Shown here: in pieces, positions 11,695 through 21,551 of the stretch | How the letters are laid out: the number at the start of each line of letters is the position of its first letter | How positions within the stretch are numbered: the stretch's first letter is position 1 | Origin: Pseudomonadota bacterium | GTDB taxonomy: Bacteria > Pseudomonadota > Gammaproteobacteria > Pseudomonadales > JBCDEX01 | Length of the DNA: 35,052 bases | Assembly: GCA_039178995.1 (NCBI GenBank) | Contig: JBCDEX010000003.1 | Span: forward strand, 1-35,052 | Direction: 5' to 3' | Notes under the pieces: model-generated | Seen by the model: only the letters and a program-made list of their open reading frames with translations | What the model was told of the DNA's origin: nothing | Database searches by the model: none | Program-made: the position numbers and the translations under genes

Positions 11695-11818
11695 CTCTCT
11701 GTTAAAGATCCCATTAAAATTAAATTATATCTACCACGGCAAGATAATAGTAGTTAAAGGCACTATTTTCCATCGTTTATTCAAAATATCCATGAGTATG
11801 TATGCGTTAGTATGGTTT

Positions 11819-12541
11819 TTAGCTGCGTGTGATTAATTTTCGCACATCAATGGTGTGCGTGCCGCGCCATTCAGTGTTTAATTCCGTGATCATTAAACGA
11901 GCAATGTCACGTGCGTGAATGGCGCGATAAGGCGTGAATCGGCCAACCATGATCGGTGTTAACAATGGCAAGGTGTGTTGTACCAGTGCTTCCATTGGGC
12001 GAATGGGTTGACGCTGTCCAAGAATGATGCTGGGTTGAATAATCACCAGTTGCGCAAACGACAATTCGCGTAAGTCGGCTTCGGTGTTGGCTTTTACGCG
12101 AGCATAAAAGAATGGAGATGAGCTTGAGCTGCTGATTGCAGACACCATGGCGGCGGCGTTAATGCCCGATTGTTTAGCCAGTTTGGCCAGTTCAACGGTA
12201 TAGGTTTGATCCACGTGCTGAAAGGCCTGACGTGTTTTGGCCTGTTTCATAGTCGTACCCAAGCACAAGTACAGTTCGTCGTGTTGCGCTAGCTCAGTAA
12301 GCAAGCGATTACGGTCATCGCTTGCAGATGCATTGTGTTCTAATGCTTTGTCATTGAGCTGCAACGCGGCATCAAAATCAACGACTAGGTTGTGGTGCGT
12401 CCCGTGATCGCGAGTTGTGTGCTTAACTGCTCTGCGGGTCATGCTGGTAACGTGCTCATAGGCGGGGTGCTGCAATAACTGTTTAACGACGTATTGCCCA
12501 ACCAGACCGGTTGCGCCGACGACGATGGCGGACTTGGTCAT
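11819..12541 (-). CDS. NAD(P)-binding oxidoreductase (YraR/TIP30-like atypical SDR)
   Basis: GATGLVG, CLGTTMKQA, FQHVD, FFYARVK, QPSIILGQR; overlaps the psd stop (ATGA). Confidence 0.85.
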   Translation of the reverse strand: MTKSAIVVGATGLVGQYVVKQLLQHPAYEHVTSMTRRAVKHTTRDHGTHHNLVVDFDAALQLNDKALEHNASASDDRNRLLTELAQHDELYLCLGTTMKQAKTRQAFQHVDQTYTVELAKLAKQSGINAAAMVSAISSSSSSPFFYARVKANTEADLRELSFAQLVIIQPSIILGQRQPIRPMEALVQHTLPLLTPIMVGRFTPYRAIHARDIARLMITELNTEWRGTHTIDVRKLITRS

Positions 12542-13395
12542 GCATTGTCCTGTATAGTTGCAATGGCTTCGCCTAAGCGCAGTGCTGATGATGCGGACAA
12601 TTGCTCAATCAGCGCGACGCTGTTTTCAGGGAATAACACGATGGCGGTCGAACCGAGTTTGAAACGTCCGAGTTCATCGCCTTTGTCTAAGCTGATGTTT
12701 TGACTGCGATAGTCGGTGGTGGTGATGCCGTGTGATGAGGGAGCTACATGCCCAGACCACACCGTTTCAATGCCTGCAACGATAAATGCGCCCACTAAAA
12801 TAACCACAACCGTGCCGATTTTGGTATCAAATTCACAGATTAAGCGTTCATTGCGTGCGAACACGTTGGGAACATGTTTCGCGGTGGTGCCGTTGACGGA
12901 AAACAAGTCGCCCGGCACATAGGTGGTTTTGACCAGCGTGCCAGCGATGGGTGCGTGCACGCGGTGATAGTCTTTAGGCGATAGATAACAGGTGATGAAC
13001 GTGCCGTTGAGAAAGCGTTCGCACAAGGCGTCGTCGTTCGCGAGCAAGGTTTCCAGCGAATAATACTGCCCCTTGGCTTGGAGGACATGTTGATGTTGCA
13101 GTTGCCCCAATTCGCTTACCGCGCCGTCGCATGGGCTGTTGATGACGTTGGGCTCGGTGTTGATGGTGCGTGCGTCGTCTTCTAGCTCGCGGGTGAAAAA
13201 GGCATTAAAGCTCTCAAACTCCTCGGCGCTCTTGAGTTTGGCCTCGGATAAATTCACATGATAGTGTCTTACAAATCGAGTGATTAACAGGTCTTTAAGC
13301 CACGGTATTTCTGATGATGCGAGCCATCCCGTCAGGCGCGACAACAAGTGTTGAGGGGCGATGTGCTGAAAGATAATGAACAAAGGTGTTTTCAT
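12538..13395 (-). CDS. psd: Phosphatidylserine decarboxylase proenzyme
   Basis: FNAFFTR, SPCDG, YLSPKDYHRVH, ARNER, autocleavage site GRFKLGST. Confidence 0.96.
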   Translation of the reverse strand: MKTPLFIIFQHIAPQHLLSRLTGWLASSEIPWLKDLLITRFVRHYHVNLSEAKLKSAEEFESFNAFFTRELEDDARTINTEPNVINSPCDGAVSELGQLQHQHVLQAKGQYYSLETLLANDDALCERFLNGTFITCYLSPKDYHRVHAPIAGTLVKTTYVPGDLFSVNGTTAKHVPNVFARNERLICEFDTKIGTVVVILVGAFIVAGIETVWSGHVAPSSHGITTTDYRSQNISLDKGDELGRFKLGSTAIVLFPENSVALIEQLSASSALRLGEAIATIQDNA

Positions 13396-13429
13396 GATGG
13401 CGTGTGATCCGTCGTGTTATAAGGAGAGG

Positions 13430-14245
13430 TTACGATTCGGTAGGTAAGCTTAAATCATTGCCCCACTCAGACCAAGAACCATCGTAGCCGCGAATGTCGT
13501 GATAGCCGAGCAAGCGCCCAACCAAGTAGGTGAGACCTGAGCGATGGTGTGACTGGCAATGCGTCACCACGGTTTTGTCGCCGCTCAAGTCGAGGCTGTC
13601 GAGTCGTGCTTGAATAACGTCAAACGGTCGTAAGCGCAGTTGCTTGTTAGGATCCATTAAGTCCGTCCACTCCAAATGAGATGCTCCGGGAATGTGACCT
13701 CCCTGCTGAGCGAGTACTTGCTCACCGGTGTGCTCTGCGAGCGATCGAGCGTCCCATACCGCAAAGTTTGGTTTGCCTAAATGATCGATGATGAAGCCCG
13801 ACGTGGCGCGCACGTCTTCGTTGAGTGCTGTAATGGTGTAGTCGCTCGGAGTGACTGCAGTGGTGTCGCTGCTGAGTGTCAATTGCTCACCGTACCATGC
13901 GTGCAACCCGCCGTTGAGATACGACCACTTGGTGTGGCCAATGTAGTCCAATGTCCAAATCATGCGTCCAGCCCATCCGCCGCCTTCGTCGTCATACACC
14001 ACCATGTGTTTGTCGGCGGTCAGTCCAATCGACTGCATTAATTCGTTGAGTCGGTCGGTGCTGGGCACGCTGCCTCTGGCCGGGGCGTTGCCGCTCATCA
14101 GCTGAGAGGGTGTCACTAAGACCGCGTTGGGCAGGTGTATTTTTTGATACGTTTCGGGGCTGGTGACTTGGACGATCAACAGGTCGTCATTGTCCAGTAA
14201 GGGCGCGAAGTCGGACGGTTCAATGAGTGGCGCGTATGTGGTCAT
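13430..14245 (-). CDS. rhdA: Double-domain rhodanese / thiosulfate sulfurtransferase (RhdA type)
   Basis: GHIPGA, active loop HCQSHHRS (RhdA-type HCQTHHR), YDGSWSEW; upstream of psd. Confidence 0.9.
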   Translation of the reverse strand: MTTYAPLIEPSDFAPLLDNDDLLIVQVTSPETYQKIHLPNAVLVTPSQLMSGNAPARGSVPSTDRLNELMQSIGLTADKHMVVYDDEGGGWAGRMIWTLDYIGHTKWSYLNGGLHAWYGEQLTLSSDTTAVTPSDYTITALNEDVRATSGFIIDHLGKPNFAVWDARSLAEHTGEQVLAQQGGHIPGASHLEWTDLMDPNKQLRLRPFDVIQARLDSLDLSGDKTVVTHCQSHHRSGLTYLVGRLLGYHDIRGYDGSWSEWGNDLSLPTES

Positions 14246-14277
14246 GGTTCAAATGCCTTGCAATCGGTTGAATGGGG

Positions 14278-15318
14278 TTATTTTTGCACTGCTTCGTCAA
14301 AGCTGTTCAATATAGAGAAATAGCTTGCGAGTCGTTGCGGGTGTATCAGTCCGTCTTGGGCGGCCAGTTGAATGGCGCAGCCTTTGATGTTGTCTTTGTG
14401 AGAGCAGTCGCGAAATTTGCACTGCGCTAAATAGCCGTGAAATTCGACGTAGCCTTTGATGACGTGCGATTTGTCCAAGTGCCACAAGCCAAACTCACGA
14501 ATGCCCGGTGAGTCGATGATGTGGCCACCATTGGGTAACTCATAGAGACACGATGTGGTTGTGGTGTGCCGTCCTTTGTTGTGAGAGTTTGACAGTGCGC
14601 CAGTTGTGCTGTGCGCGTCAGGCAGTATGCAGTTCAATAACGACGATTTGCCCACGCCCGACTGCCCAACAAAAATACTGCCGGTGTTGACCAGTACGTC
14701 GGTCAATGCGTCTATGTTCTCGGACGTGGTCGAAGACACTTTTAAAAAGGTGTAGCCCAGTTCGCTGTAGTGTGAAAAGCGCGTTAAGTAATCGGAGTTG
14801 TTCGCTAATAGATCGATTTTGTTGAGCACCAAAATTGGAGTTAAGTTGGCGTGCGCGGCGGCAATCAAGTAACGATCAATGAGATTATCGTACGGTTCGG
14901 GTTCGCTGGCGAACACAATGACCAAGGTGTTGATGTTGGCCGCAATCGGCTTGAGGCCGCGATGTGGATGAGGGCGTTCAATGACGCTGTCTCTTGGCAG
15001 CAGTTGATCAATCACCCCTTGCAGTTGGTTGTCGCTTGAATCGGCATCATGTGAGGGGGGCTTGATGGCGTTTTCTTGTATTGATTTACGCCATAACACG
15101 CGGTCGCCACAAGCCAGCGAAGGCAGGTTGCTGCGAGCGTAGCATCTGTACACACAGTGATCTTCGAGGTTTTTTACATCGAGTTGTTGGCCGTAATGAC
15201 TTATAATCAAGCCTTCTTGTTGGGCGCTGAGTGTGGTTTCATTGAGCGTCGACGATGCCTTCGTTTGTTTGTCACGAATGCGGCGCAACTGCTGATCCGT
15301 GAGCTTACGCTTGCTCAT
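14278..15318 (-). CDS. rsgA: Small ribosomal subunit biogenesis GTPase
   Basis: MSKRKLT N-terminus, [22 protein letters not shown], Zn finger CKFRDCSH...C. Confidence 0.96.
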   Translation of the reverse strand: MSKRKLTDQQLRRIRDKQTKASSTLNETTLSAQQEGLIISHYGQQLDVKNLEDHCVYRCYARSNLPSLACGDRVLWRKSIQENAIKPPSHDADSSDNQLQGVIDQLLPRDSVIERPHPHRGLKPIAANINTLVIVFASEPEPYDNLIDRYLIAAAHANLTPILVLNKIDLLANNSDYLTRFSHYSELGYTFLKVSSTTSENIDALTDVLVNTGSIFVGQSGVGKSSLLNCILPDAHSTTGALSNSHNKGRHTTTTSCLYELPNGGHIIDSPGIREFGLWHLDKSHVIKGYVEFHGYLAQCKFRDCSHKDNIKGCAIQLAAQDGLIHPQRLASYFSILNSFDEAVQK

Positions 15319-15469
15319 GATGTGCGTGCCGTGTGCGGTGATGGTAATGAATAACAAAAGCGTTCATGGGATGATTATCCCACACATGAGGCTGAGACAC
15401 ACACCGTTAAATTCAGTTGCGTGTGAGCGGCACGAATACAATACACACAGATTAAGCGAGAGATGTTTT

Positions 15470-16033
15470 ATGTCAGATAGCACGGTAAGCAATAACGCCC
15501 AGCGCATGATTTGGATCGACTTGGAAATGACGGGTCTGGAACCAGACCGTGAGCGCATCATCGAAATGGCGATCATCGTCACCGATGCGCAGCTAAACAC
15601 CATTGCCGAAGGGCCGGTGATTGCGGTGAAGCAATCGGATGAGTTGCTGAGCGCAATGGATGAGTGGAATACCTCGCATCACACCGCCTCAGGGTTGGTT
15701 GACCGTGTGAAGGCGAGCAGCACACCTGAACAAGACGCTGAGCAGCAAATGCTGACGTTTTTGCGTGAGCACGTATCCAAAGGCACGTCTCCCATGTGCG
15801 GTAACAGCGTACATCAAGACCGTCGTTTTTTAGTGCGTTACATGCCCGAGCTGGAAGCGTTTTTTCACTACCGCAACATCGACGTCAGCACTCTGAAAGA
15901 ATTTGCCGTTCGTTGGAAGCCTGACATCGTGTCGGGTTTCAAAAAGAAAGGCGCGCATTTGGCCTTGGACGACATTAAAGAATCGATCGAAGAATTAAAA
16001 TACTATCGTGAGCATTTTATCGATTTGAATTGA
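15470..16033 (+). CDS. orn: Oligoribonuclease
   Basis: [47 protein letters not shown]; start set at ATG 15470. Confidence 0.97.
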   Translation: MSDSTVSNNAQRMIWIDLEMTGLEPDRERIIEMAIIVTDAQLNTIAEGPVIAVKQSDELLSAMDEWNTSHHTASGLVDRVKASSTPEQDAEQQMLTFLREHVSKGTSPMCGNSVHQDRRFLVRYMPELEAFFHYRNIDVSTLKEFAVRWKPDIVSGFKKKGAHLALDDIKESIEELKYYREHFIDLN

Positions 16034-16072
16034 GTGTCTATGTTATCGTCTGTATTTCTATTTCAGTTGCAA

Positions 16073-16621
16073 TTACTGGCATATGCTGGGTAAGTATTTT
16101 GTGTGGTTGTATCTAATTGTTAGACCACTGGGTTGGCATTTCCAAGTCAGTGCACCGTTTGAAGCAGTCGGTACCAAAAACGCTGAGACATAAAGTTGAT
16201 CTTTGTCGTATGTGGATGAGGCGTTTAAGTTAGATCGAAACCAGATTGAGCCGTTCGTTCTTGTTTGCTGATGATAGCCAATGGCAATGCTCTTGATGTA
16301 TTTGCTGTTGCTAAATTGGTTTGGGTTGATCTCACTATACGAATTTTGGTGAGTGCTAGCACCGAAGCTCCCTGTCTGTACAGAATTTAAACCCAGGACT
16401 TTTGCATTTGCAGGCAGTTTGTTATGTTGAGCGAAATAAAGTTCAACATCTTTTTTGTATTTTGACATAAAAACAAAGGCTTCTGAGTACTTAGCTTTGA
16501 TGATGTAGGTTTGATAGCTGGGTATGGCTACTGACGACAAAATTCCAATAATGGCAATTGTTATCAATAACTCAAGTAGTGTGAAGCCTTTAGTTTGGTA
16601 TGCAGAAGATGGTATGTGCAT
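16073..16621 (-). CDS. Type IVa pilin (PilA-like)
   Basis: Class III signal KG|[27 protein letters not shown] with E5; C-terminal disulfide loop WKC...YLPSIC; GGAGG RBS. Confidence 0.9.
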   Translation of the reverse strand: MHIPSSAYQTKGFTLLELLITIAIIGILSSVAIPSYQTYIIKAKYSEAFVFMSKYKKDVELYFAQHNKLPANAKVLGLNSVQTGSFGASTHQNSYSEINPNQFSNSKYIKSIAIGYHQQTRTNGSIWFRSNLNASSTYDKDQLYVSAFLVPTASNGALTWKCQPSGLTIRYNHTKYLPSICQ

Positions 16622-16715
16622 TGCCTATACCTCCAATCATTTCAGTTTCTTACATACAAGAATAGTAGATATTGATTGGTTTGCCTTATAATTGAGCAAA
16701 ATTTAATAAGCGTAG

Positions 16716-17783
16716 TTAATGCTTGCGTTTAGTTTGCTGGGAGATAGCCCACAAAATATGTTCTTTCAGCATGTCGCTGGTGGTTTGCTTGTTATATAAA
16801 CTGGTCACAATGGCTTCGGAATAATCGGCATTGCCCATTGCCACCGCAATGTTGCGCATCCATGCGGTGTGACCGATCCGACGAATCGGTGAACCTGCAG
16901 TGTGCTCAAGAAATTCAATTTCGGTCCATTCAAACAAATCGATTAAATCTCGGTGATCTAACTGATGCCTCGCTTGGAAGTCGGCGTCGACCGATAACTG
17001 TGCAAATTTATTCCACGGACACACCAATTGACAATCGTCGCAGCCGTAAATGCGGTTGCCCATCATTGGGCGCAGTTGTTCGGGAATTGGCCCTTTGTTT
17101 TCAATCGTCAGATAAGAAATACAGCGTCGTGCGTCCAACTCCCACGGGTTCACGAAGGCGTTGGTGGGGCAGATGTCCAAGCAGCGTGTGCAGCTGCCGC
17201 AATGCGTTGTTTCTTGGGGGGTGCTTATGGGCAGTGGTGCGTCGGTGAGGATCTCGCCTAAAAAGAACCACGAGCCAGTGCGTGAGTTGATCAGCATGGT
17301 GTTTTTGCCAATCCAGCCCAATCCTGCTTTTTCAGCAAAGCCGCGCTCTAAGATGGGCGCACTGTCGACAAAGGCGCGGTGTTGTTTGAAACCGCTGTGT
17401 TCGGTGATGACGTCGCACAAGGCGCTGAGCTTCTTGCGTATGAGTTTGTGGTAGTCGCGACCCAGTGCGTAACGCGAGATATACGCTTTGTCTGACTCGC
17501 TGAGCAGCTTCTCAGCGTCGTAGGCGTCAGGTAGGTAGTCGTAGCGCAGTGAAATCACGCGCAACGTGCCTGGGTGCAGTAAGTTGGGGTCCTCGCGTAA
17601 ATTCACATGACGTTCCATATACGACATGCTGCCGTGATGTTGCTTGTTGAGCCATGTGCTTAAGTGCGCTGCATGATGCGCTGGGTCGGCGTCGGTGATG
17701 CGCAGTTGCTGAAACCCCAATTCAAGGGCGCGCGTGGTGATGCGTTCAGCCAAGGAGTGATAAGCGTCTGTGGGTGCAGTCAT
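16716..17783 (-). CDS. queG: tRNA epoxyqueuosine(34) reductase
   Basis: ISRYALGRDYH, FVDSAP, CGSCTRCLDICP, RCISYLTIE, GCDDCQLVCPWN. Confidence 0.97.
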   Translation of the reverse strand: MTAPTDAYHSLAERITTRALELGFQQLRITDADPAHHAAHLSTWLNKQHHGSMSYMERHVNLREDPNLLHPGTLRVISLRYDYLPDAYDAEKLLSESDKAYISRYALGRDYHKLIRKKLSALCDVITEHSGFKQHRAFVDSAPILERGFAEKAGLGWIGKNTMLINSRTGSWFFLGEILTDAPLPISTPQETTHCGSCTRCLDICPTNAFVNPWELDARRCISYLTIENKGPIPEQLRPMMGNRIYGCDDCQLVCPWNKFAQLSVDADFQARHQLDHRDLIDLFEWTEIEFLEHTAGSPIRRIGHTAWMRNIAVAMGNADYSEAIVTSLYNKQTTSDMLKEHILWAISQQTKRKH

Positions 17784-17970
17784 GGTGCGGAGTTCGATGA
17801 ATGATAAGTTACAGTGCGCCTAATATAGCATGTAAGTTCGAGTAAACTGCGACATATCGCCCCCCATTTGCTGTGAAATCCTTTACAATGAGCCTTTTAT
17901 TGCGGTTCTAATGAACCATTGCGCTGAGTGTTGTCGAAATGATTGTACTCGTCGTAATGACAGAGAGTGA

Positions 17971-18459
17971 ATGACAGTGTCTGATCGGGTGCAGTTAGAA
18001 AACGAAGCGGCGACCTTGGCCATTGCGGCGCAGTTTGCTCGCGCACTGAATGAATGCACGATTGTGTATTTAAACGGTGACTTGGGTGCGGGTAAAACGT
18101 GCTTCAGTCGAGGCGTGATTCACGCGTTGGGGTTTGATGGGCGGGTAAAAAGTCCGACGTTTACCTTGGTTGAGCTGTATGAGTTGGCGTCGGGTCGCTC
18201 AGTGTTCCACTTCGATTTTTATCGATTGTCCGATCCAGACGAGGTGTATTATTTAGGTATTGATGATTACGTGCGAGATGGGTTTGTGTGCCTGATGGAA
18301 TGGCCATCGAAAGCGCAGGGGTGTATTCCGCAAGCAGATGTTGTGGTTAATTTAGAGCATGCGGGTGAATCGAGAGTCATTGAATTGATTGCGGTGTCCG
18401 ATGTCGGCGCATATGTGCTGGAGAGAATGAGTAGAGAGAACAATGAAGAGAATCACTAG
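17971..18459 (+). CDS. tsaE: tRNA threonylcarbamoyladenosine biosynthesis ATPase
   Basis: GDLGAGKT, VKSPTFTLVE, HFDFYRL, EWP. Confidence 0.96.
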   Translation: MTVSDRVQLENEAATLAIAAQFARALNECTIVYLNGDLGAGKTCFSRGVIHALGFDGRVKSPTFTLVELYELASGRSVFHFDFYRLSDPDEVYYLGIDDYVRDGFVCLMEWPSKAQGCIPQADVVVNLEHAGESRVIELIAVSDVGAYVLERMSRENNEENH

Positions 18460-19648
18460 AAAGCAGATACTGACGGGATTGTGTGTGTTGTTGTGTTCGG
18501 TTACGGTGTGGGCGGGTGAGATCACGTCGATGAACATTGAGCGCAATGGGCAGCGATTGAAAGTGGTGGTGGATGGCGGCGCCAAAGTGCGTCATTTTGC
18601 ATTAAAAGACCCGCACCGTGCGGTGTTGGATTTTACGTCCACACGCAAGCGTGTCAGCTTGCCTCGCATTAAGAAAAATAACATGATTGCGCGTTTGCGC
18701 GGCGGTGAAAAAGGCGACGACTATCGTTTGGTGGTGGACTTGAAGCAAGCCGCGATGATTCGTGTGCACGAAAGTCGATCGCGTAGCTCAAATCGGACGA
18801 TGTTTATCATTGATTTGATTTCCGGTACTCAGCGCGCTGAAACGTCTGTGAAAAAAATTAAATCTAAGGCGACGAGCTCGAAGAAAAGCAGTAAAGGCAT
18901 TATGTCGAAGTTTCGTTTTTCGAAGAAAAAACGAAACGTATTGATTGCAATTGACGCAGGGCATGGTGGAAAAGATCCAGGTGCGATTGCGCAGTCGGGT
19001 GTGAAAGAAAAAGACGTGGTGCTAAGAATCGCAAAAAAATTGGAAAAATTGATTGATGACGAAGCGGGTTTTTATTCAAAAAGCATTCGTCACAAAGATG
19101 TGTACGTTGAGTTAAAAACCCGCAGCGATGTGGCGCGCAGCAAAAAGGCCGATTTATTTGTTTCGATTCATGCGGATGCGTTTCCTGATCGGAGTGTGAA
19201 GGGCGCGTCTATTTATGTGTTGTCGCACAAAGGTGCGAGTAGTGCAACGGCAAAATTTTTAGCGGAGAAAGAAAATGAAAAAGGTGGACTTGGGCGCGCA
19301 AGTTTGGCGGGCACTGATGCTTTGTTAAAAGAAGTGCTGGTTGATTTATCGATGAACGATAAGATGAGCGAAAGCGTGAGTGTAGGGCAATCCATTTTGA
19401 AAAAAATGGGAAGCATTACCAAACTGCACAGTTCACGGGTTGAAAGCGCTGCGTTTGCGGTATTAAAAACTCCTGATGTGCCCTCAGTTTTAATTGAAAC
19501 AGGGTTTATTTCAAACCAGGCGGAAGCGAAGCAGTTAAGCAGTGATGCGTTTCAAGATAAAATGGCAGCAGCTATTTTTGCAGGTATTAAACATTATTTT
19601 ATTCATAATCCGCCAGAAAATTCTTATTTGGCGGGAAAATATAAATAA
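18443..19648 (+). CDS. amiB: N-acetylmuramoyl-L-alanine amidase (AMIN-like + Amidase_3, no LysM)
   Basis: Signal peptide; AMIN-like LKDPHRAVLD; IDAGHGGKDPG, SIHADA, PSVLIETGFISN; between tsaE and mutL. Confidence 0.9.
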   Translation: MKRITRKQILTGLCVLLCSVTVWAGEITSMNIERNGQRLKVVVDGGAKVRHFALKDPHRAVLDFTSTRKRVSLPRIKKNNMIARLRGGEKGDDYRLVVDLKQAAMIRVHESRSRSSNRTMFIIDLISGTQRAETSVKKIKSKATSSKKSSKGIMSKFRFSKKKRNVLIAIDAGHGGKDPGAIAQSGVKEKDVVLRIAKKLEKLIDDEAGFYSKSIRHKDVYVELKTRSDVARSKKADLFVSIHADAFPDRSVKGASIYVLSHKGASSATAKFLAEKENEKGGLGRASLAGTDALLKEVLVDLSMNDKMSESVSVGQSILKKMGSITKLHSSRVESAAFAVLKTPDVPSVLIETGFISNQAEAKQLSSDAFQDKMAAAIFAGIKHYFIHNPPENSYLAGKYK

Positions 19649-19664
19649 AATACAAGGCGGCATC

Positions 19665-21548
19665 GTGTCAAATATTCATTACTTAAGTGAGCAGTTAAGC
19701 AATCAAATTGCCGCTGGCGAGGTCGTTGAGCGACCTGCGTCGGTGCTTAAAGAAGTGTTGGAAAACAGTTTGGATGCTGGTGCAACAAGTGTGATTATTG
19801 ATATTGAATCGGGTGGTGTTCAGTTGTTGCGTGTGCGAGACAATGGAGTGGGTATTGAGAAGGACGACATGCAGCGCGCCTTGAGTCGTCACGCCACCAG
19901 CAAAATTTTCGATTTGGACGATTTAGAAAATATTGTCACGCTTGGCTTTCGCGGTGAGGCGTTGGCGAGTATTTCATCGGTTGCGCGCGTGAATTTAAAA
20001 AGCGGTTATCAAGGTCAGAAAGACGCGTGGGAAGTGGGCAGCCAAGGCGGTGTGGATATCAGTGAGGTTAAGCCGTGCGCGCACCCTGAGGGTACGACGT
20101 TTGAAATGCGGGATTTGTTTTTTAATACGCCTGCGCGCCGCAAGTTTTTGAAAACTGAAAAAACCGAGTTGGGGTATGTGTTAGAAGTAGTGCGTCGCCA
20201 AGCGCTGAGCCGTTTTGATGTCGCGTTTGAATGTCGTAATAATGGCAAGCAGGTGTTTAAGTTGCCTGCGTGTGAGAGTCAAGCAGATCAAGAGCGTCGC
20301 ATTGACGATGTATGCGGTAAGCAGTTTGTTGAAAATTCATTTCATTTTAGCCAGCAGAACGATGGTATGACATTGTCTGGGTGGCTGGGGTCGCCGACTT
20401 TTTCTAGAAGCCAAGGTGATTTGCAATATTTTTTTGTTAATGGCCGCGTGGTCAAAGATAAAGTGATTATGCACGCCGTTCGACAAGCGTATAAAGACGT
20501 GTTGTTTCACGGTCGCCATCCAGCGTATGTATTGTTTTTGAGTATCAACCCCGATGCGGTGGATGTGAATGTGCATCCGACCAAGCACGAGGTGCGCTTT
20601 CGCGAAACGCGTAGCATTCATAACTTTTTATACAGTACGTTGTCTCGCGTGATTGCCGATGCGCGTCCAGACGATGTGATGTCTGGGCAGCGAATACGTG
20701 CTGAGCAATGGTCGACTGGGTCGAGTTCAGAGGTCGTATCGCAAATGAGTCAGCAAAGTGCGCTCAGTTTTTCACGTAGTGGTGCGCTTACGCCGTCGGC
20801 CTTAAATGTTGCTGAGCAATTGACTGCGTATCAAGGTTTGTATCAGCCAAAGCACGATGCGCGTTCGGCATCGCCAGATATTTCTCAATCGAGTTTGCAT
20901 GCCGCGGCTGGGGGTGTATCGACTGCATCATTAGCGTCGCCAAACGATACGGCGGAGCAAGACATACCGCCGCTTGGATTTGCCATTGCGCAGTTAAAGC
21001 ATATTTACGTGTTGGCTGAAAATACAGAAGGACTGATTTTGGTGGACATGCACGCGGCGCATGAGCGCATCGTTTATGAGCGTTTGAAAGCGGATTATGC
21101 CGCGCAGCGTATCGTGACTCAGCCGTTGTTGGTGCCATATATGATGGGCGCTTCGGCCAAAGAAGTGGACTTTGTTGAGCAGCACGCCGACGCCTTGTTG
21201 GAATTTGGGTTGGAAGTGCAATGTGCGGGGCCAACCAGTTTGCAGGTTCGACAAGTGCCTGCGTTGTTGAAATCATCGGATGTCGAAAGTTTGGTGCGCG
21301 ATGTGTTGTCGAACGGTATGATTAATGACGGCGATTTTGCGCTGGATGACTTTCAAAATGAATTGCTGTCGAGCATGGCGTGTCATGGATCGGTTCGCGC
21401 AGGTCGACCGCTGACGGTGATGGAGATGAACGCATTGTTGCGGGATATTGAATCTACCGAACGCTCAGGTCAATGTAATCATGGGCGACCTACGTGGAGG
21501 TTGTTTAGTTTGGCTGAGTTAGATAAATTGTTTTATCGTGGGCAATAA
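19665..21548 (+). CDS. mutL: DNA mismatch repair endonuclease MutL
   Basis: NQIAAGEVVERP, GFRGEAL, DVNVHPTK; endonuclease motifs DMHAAHERIVYE, ACH, CNHGRP; start set at GTG 19665. Confidence 0.97.
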   Translation: MSNIHYLSEQLSNQIAAGEVVERPASVLKEVLENSLDAGATSVIIDIESGGVQLLRVRDNGVGIEKDDMQRALSRHATSKIFDLDDLENIVTLGFRGEALASISSVARVNLKSGYQGQKDAWEVGSQGGVDISEVKPCAHPEGTTFEMRDLFFNTPARRKFLKTEKTELGYVLEVVRRQALSRFDVAFECRNNGKQVFKLPACESQADQERRIDDVCGKQFVENSFHFSQQNDGMTLSGWLGSPTFSRSQGDLQYFFVNGRVVKDKVIMHAVRQAYKDVLFHGRHPAYVLFLSINPDAVDVNVHPTKHEVRFRETRSIHNFLYSTLSRVIADARPDDVMSGQRIRAEQWSTGSSSEVVSQMSQQSALSFSRSGALTPSALNVAEQLTAYQGLYQPKHDARSASPDISQSSLHAAAGGVSTASLASPNDTAEQDIPPLGFAIAQLKHIYVLAENTEGLILVDMHAAHERIVYERLKADYAAQRIVTQPLLVPYMMGASAKEVDFVEQHADALLEFGLEVQCAGPTSLQVRQVPALLKSSDVESLVRDVLSNGMINDGDFALDDFQNELLSSMACHGSVRAGRPLTVMEMNALLRDIESTERSGQCNHGRPTWRLFSLAELDKLFYRGQ

Positions 21549-21551
21549 GCG

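Noticed and set aside
15299-15469. Long N-terminal extensions of orn and rsgA
   Set aside because: They overlap head-to-head; conserved starts are at 15470 and 15318.
16034-16072. Possible tRNA next to orn, as in enterobacteria
   Set aside because: Only 39 bp, with no cloverleaf or T-loop motif.
19542-19664. MutL N-terminal extension overlapping amiB
   Set aside because: Homology begins at GTG 19665; the extension is an ORF-calling artefact.
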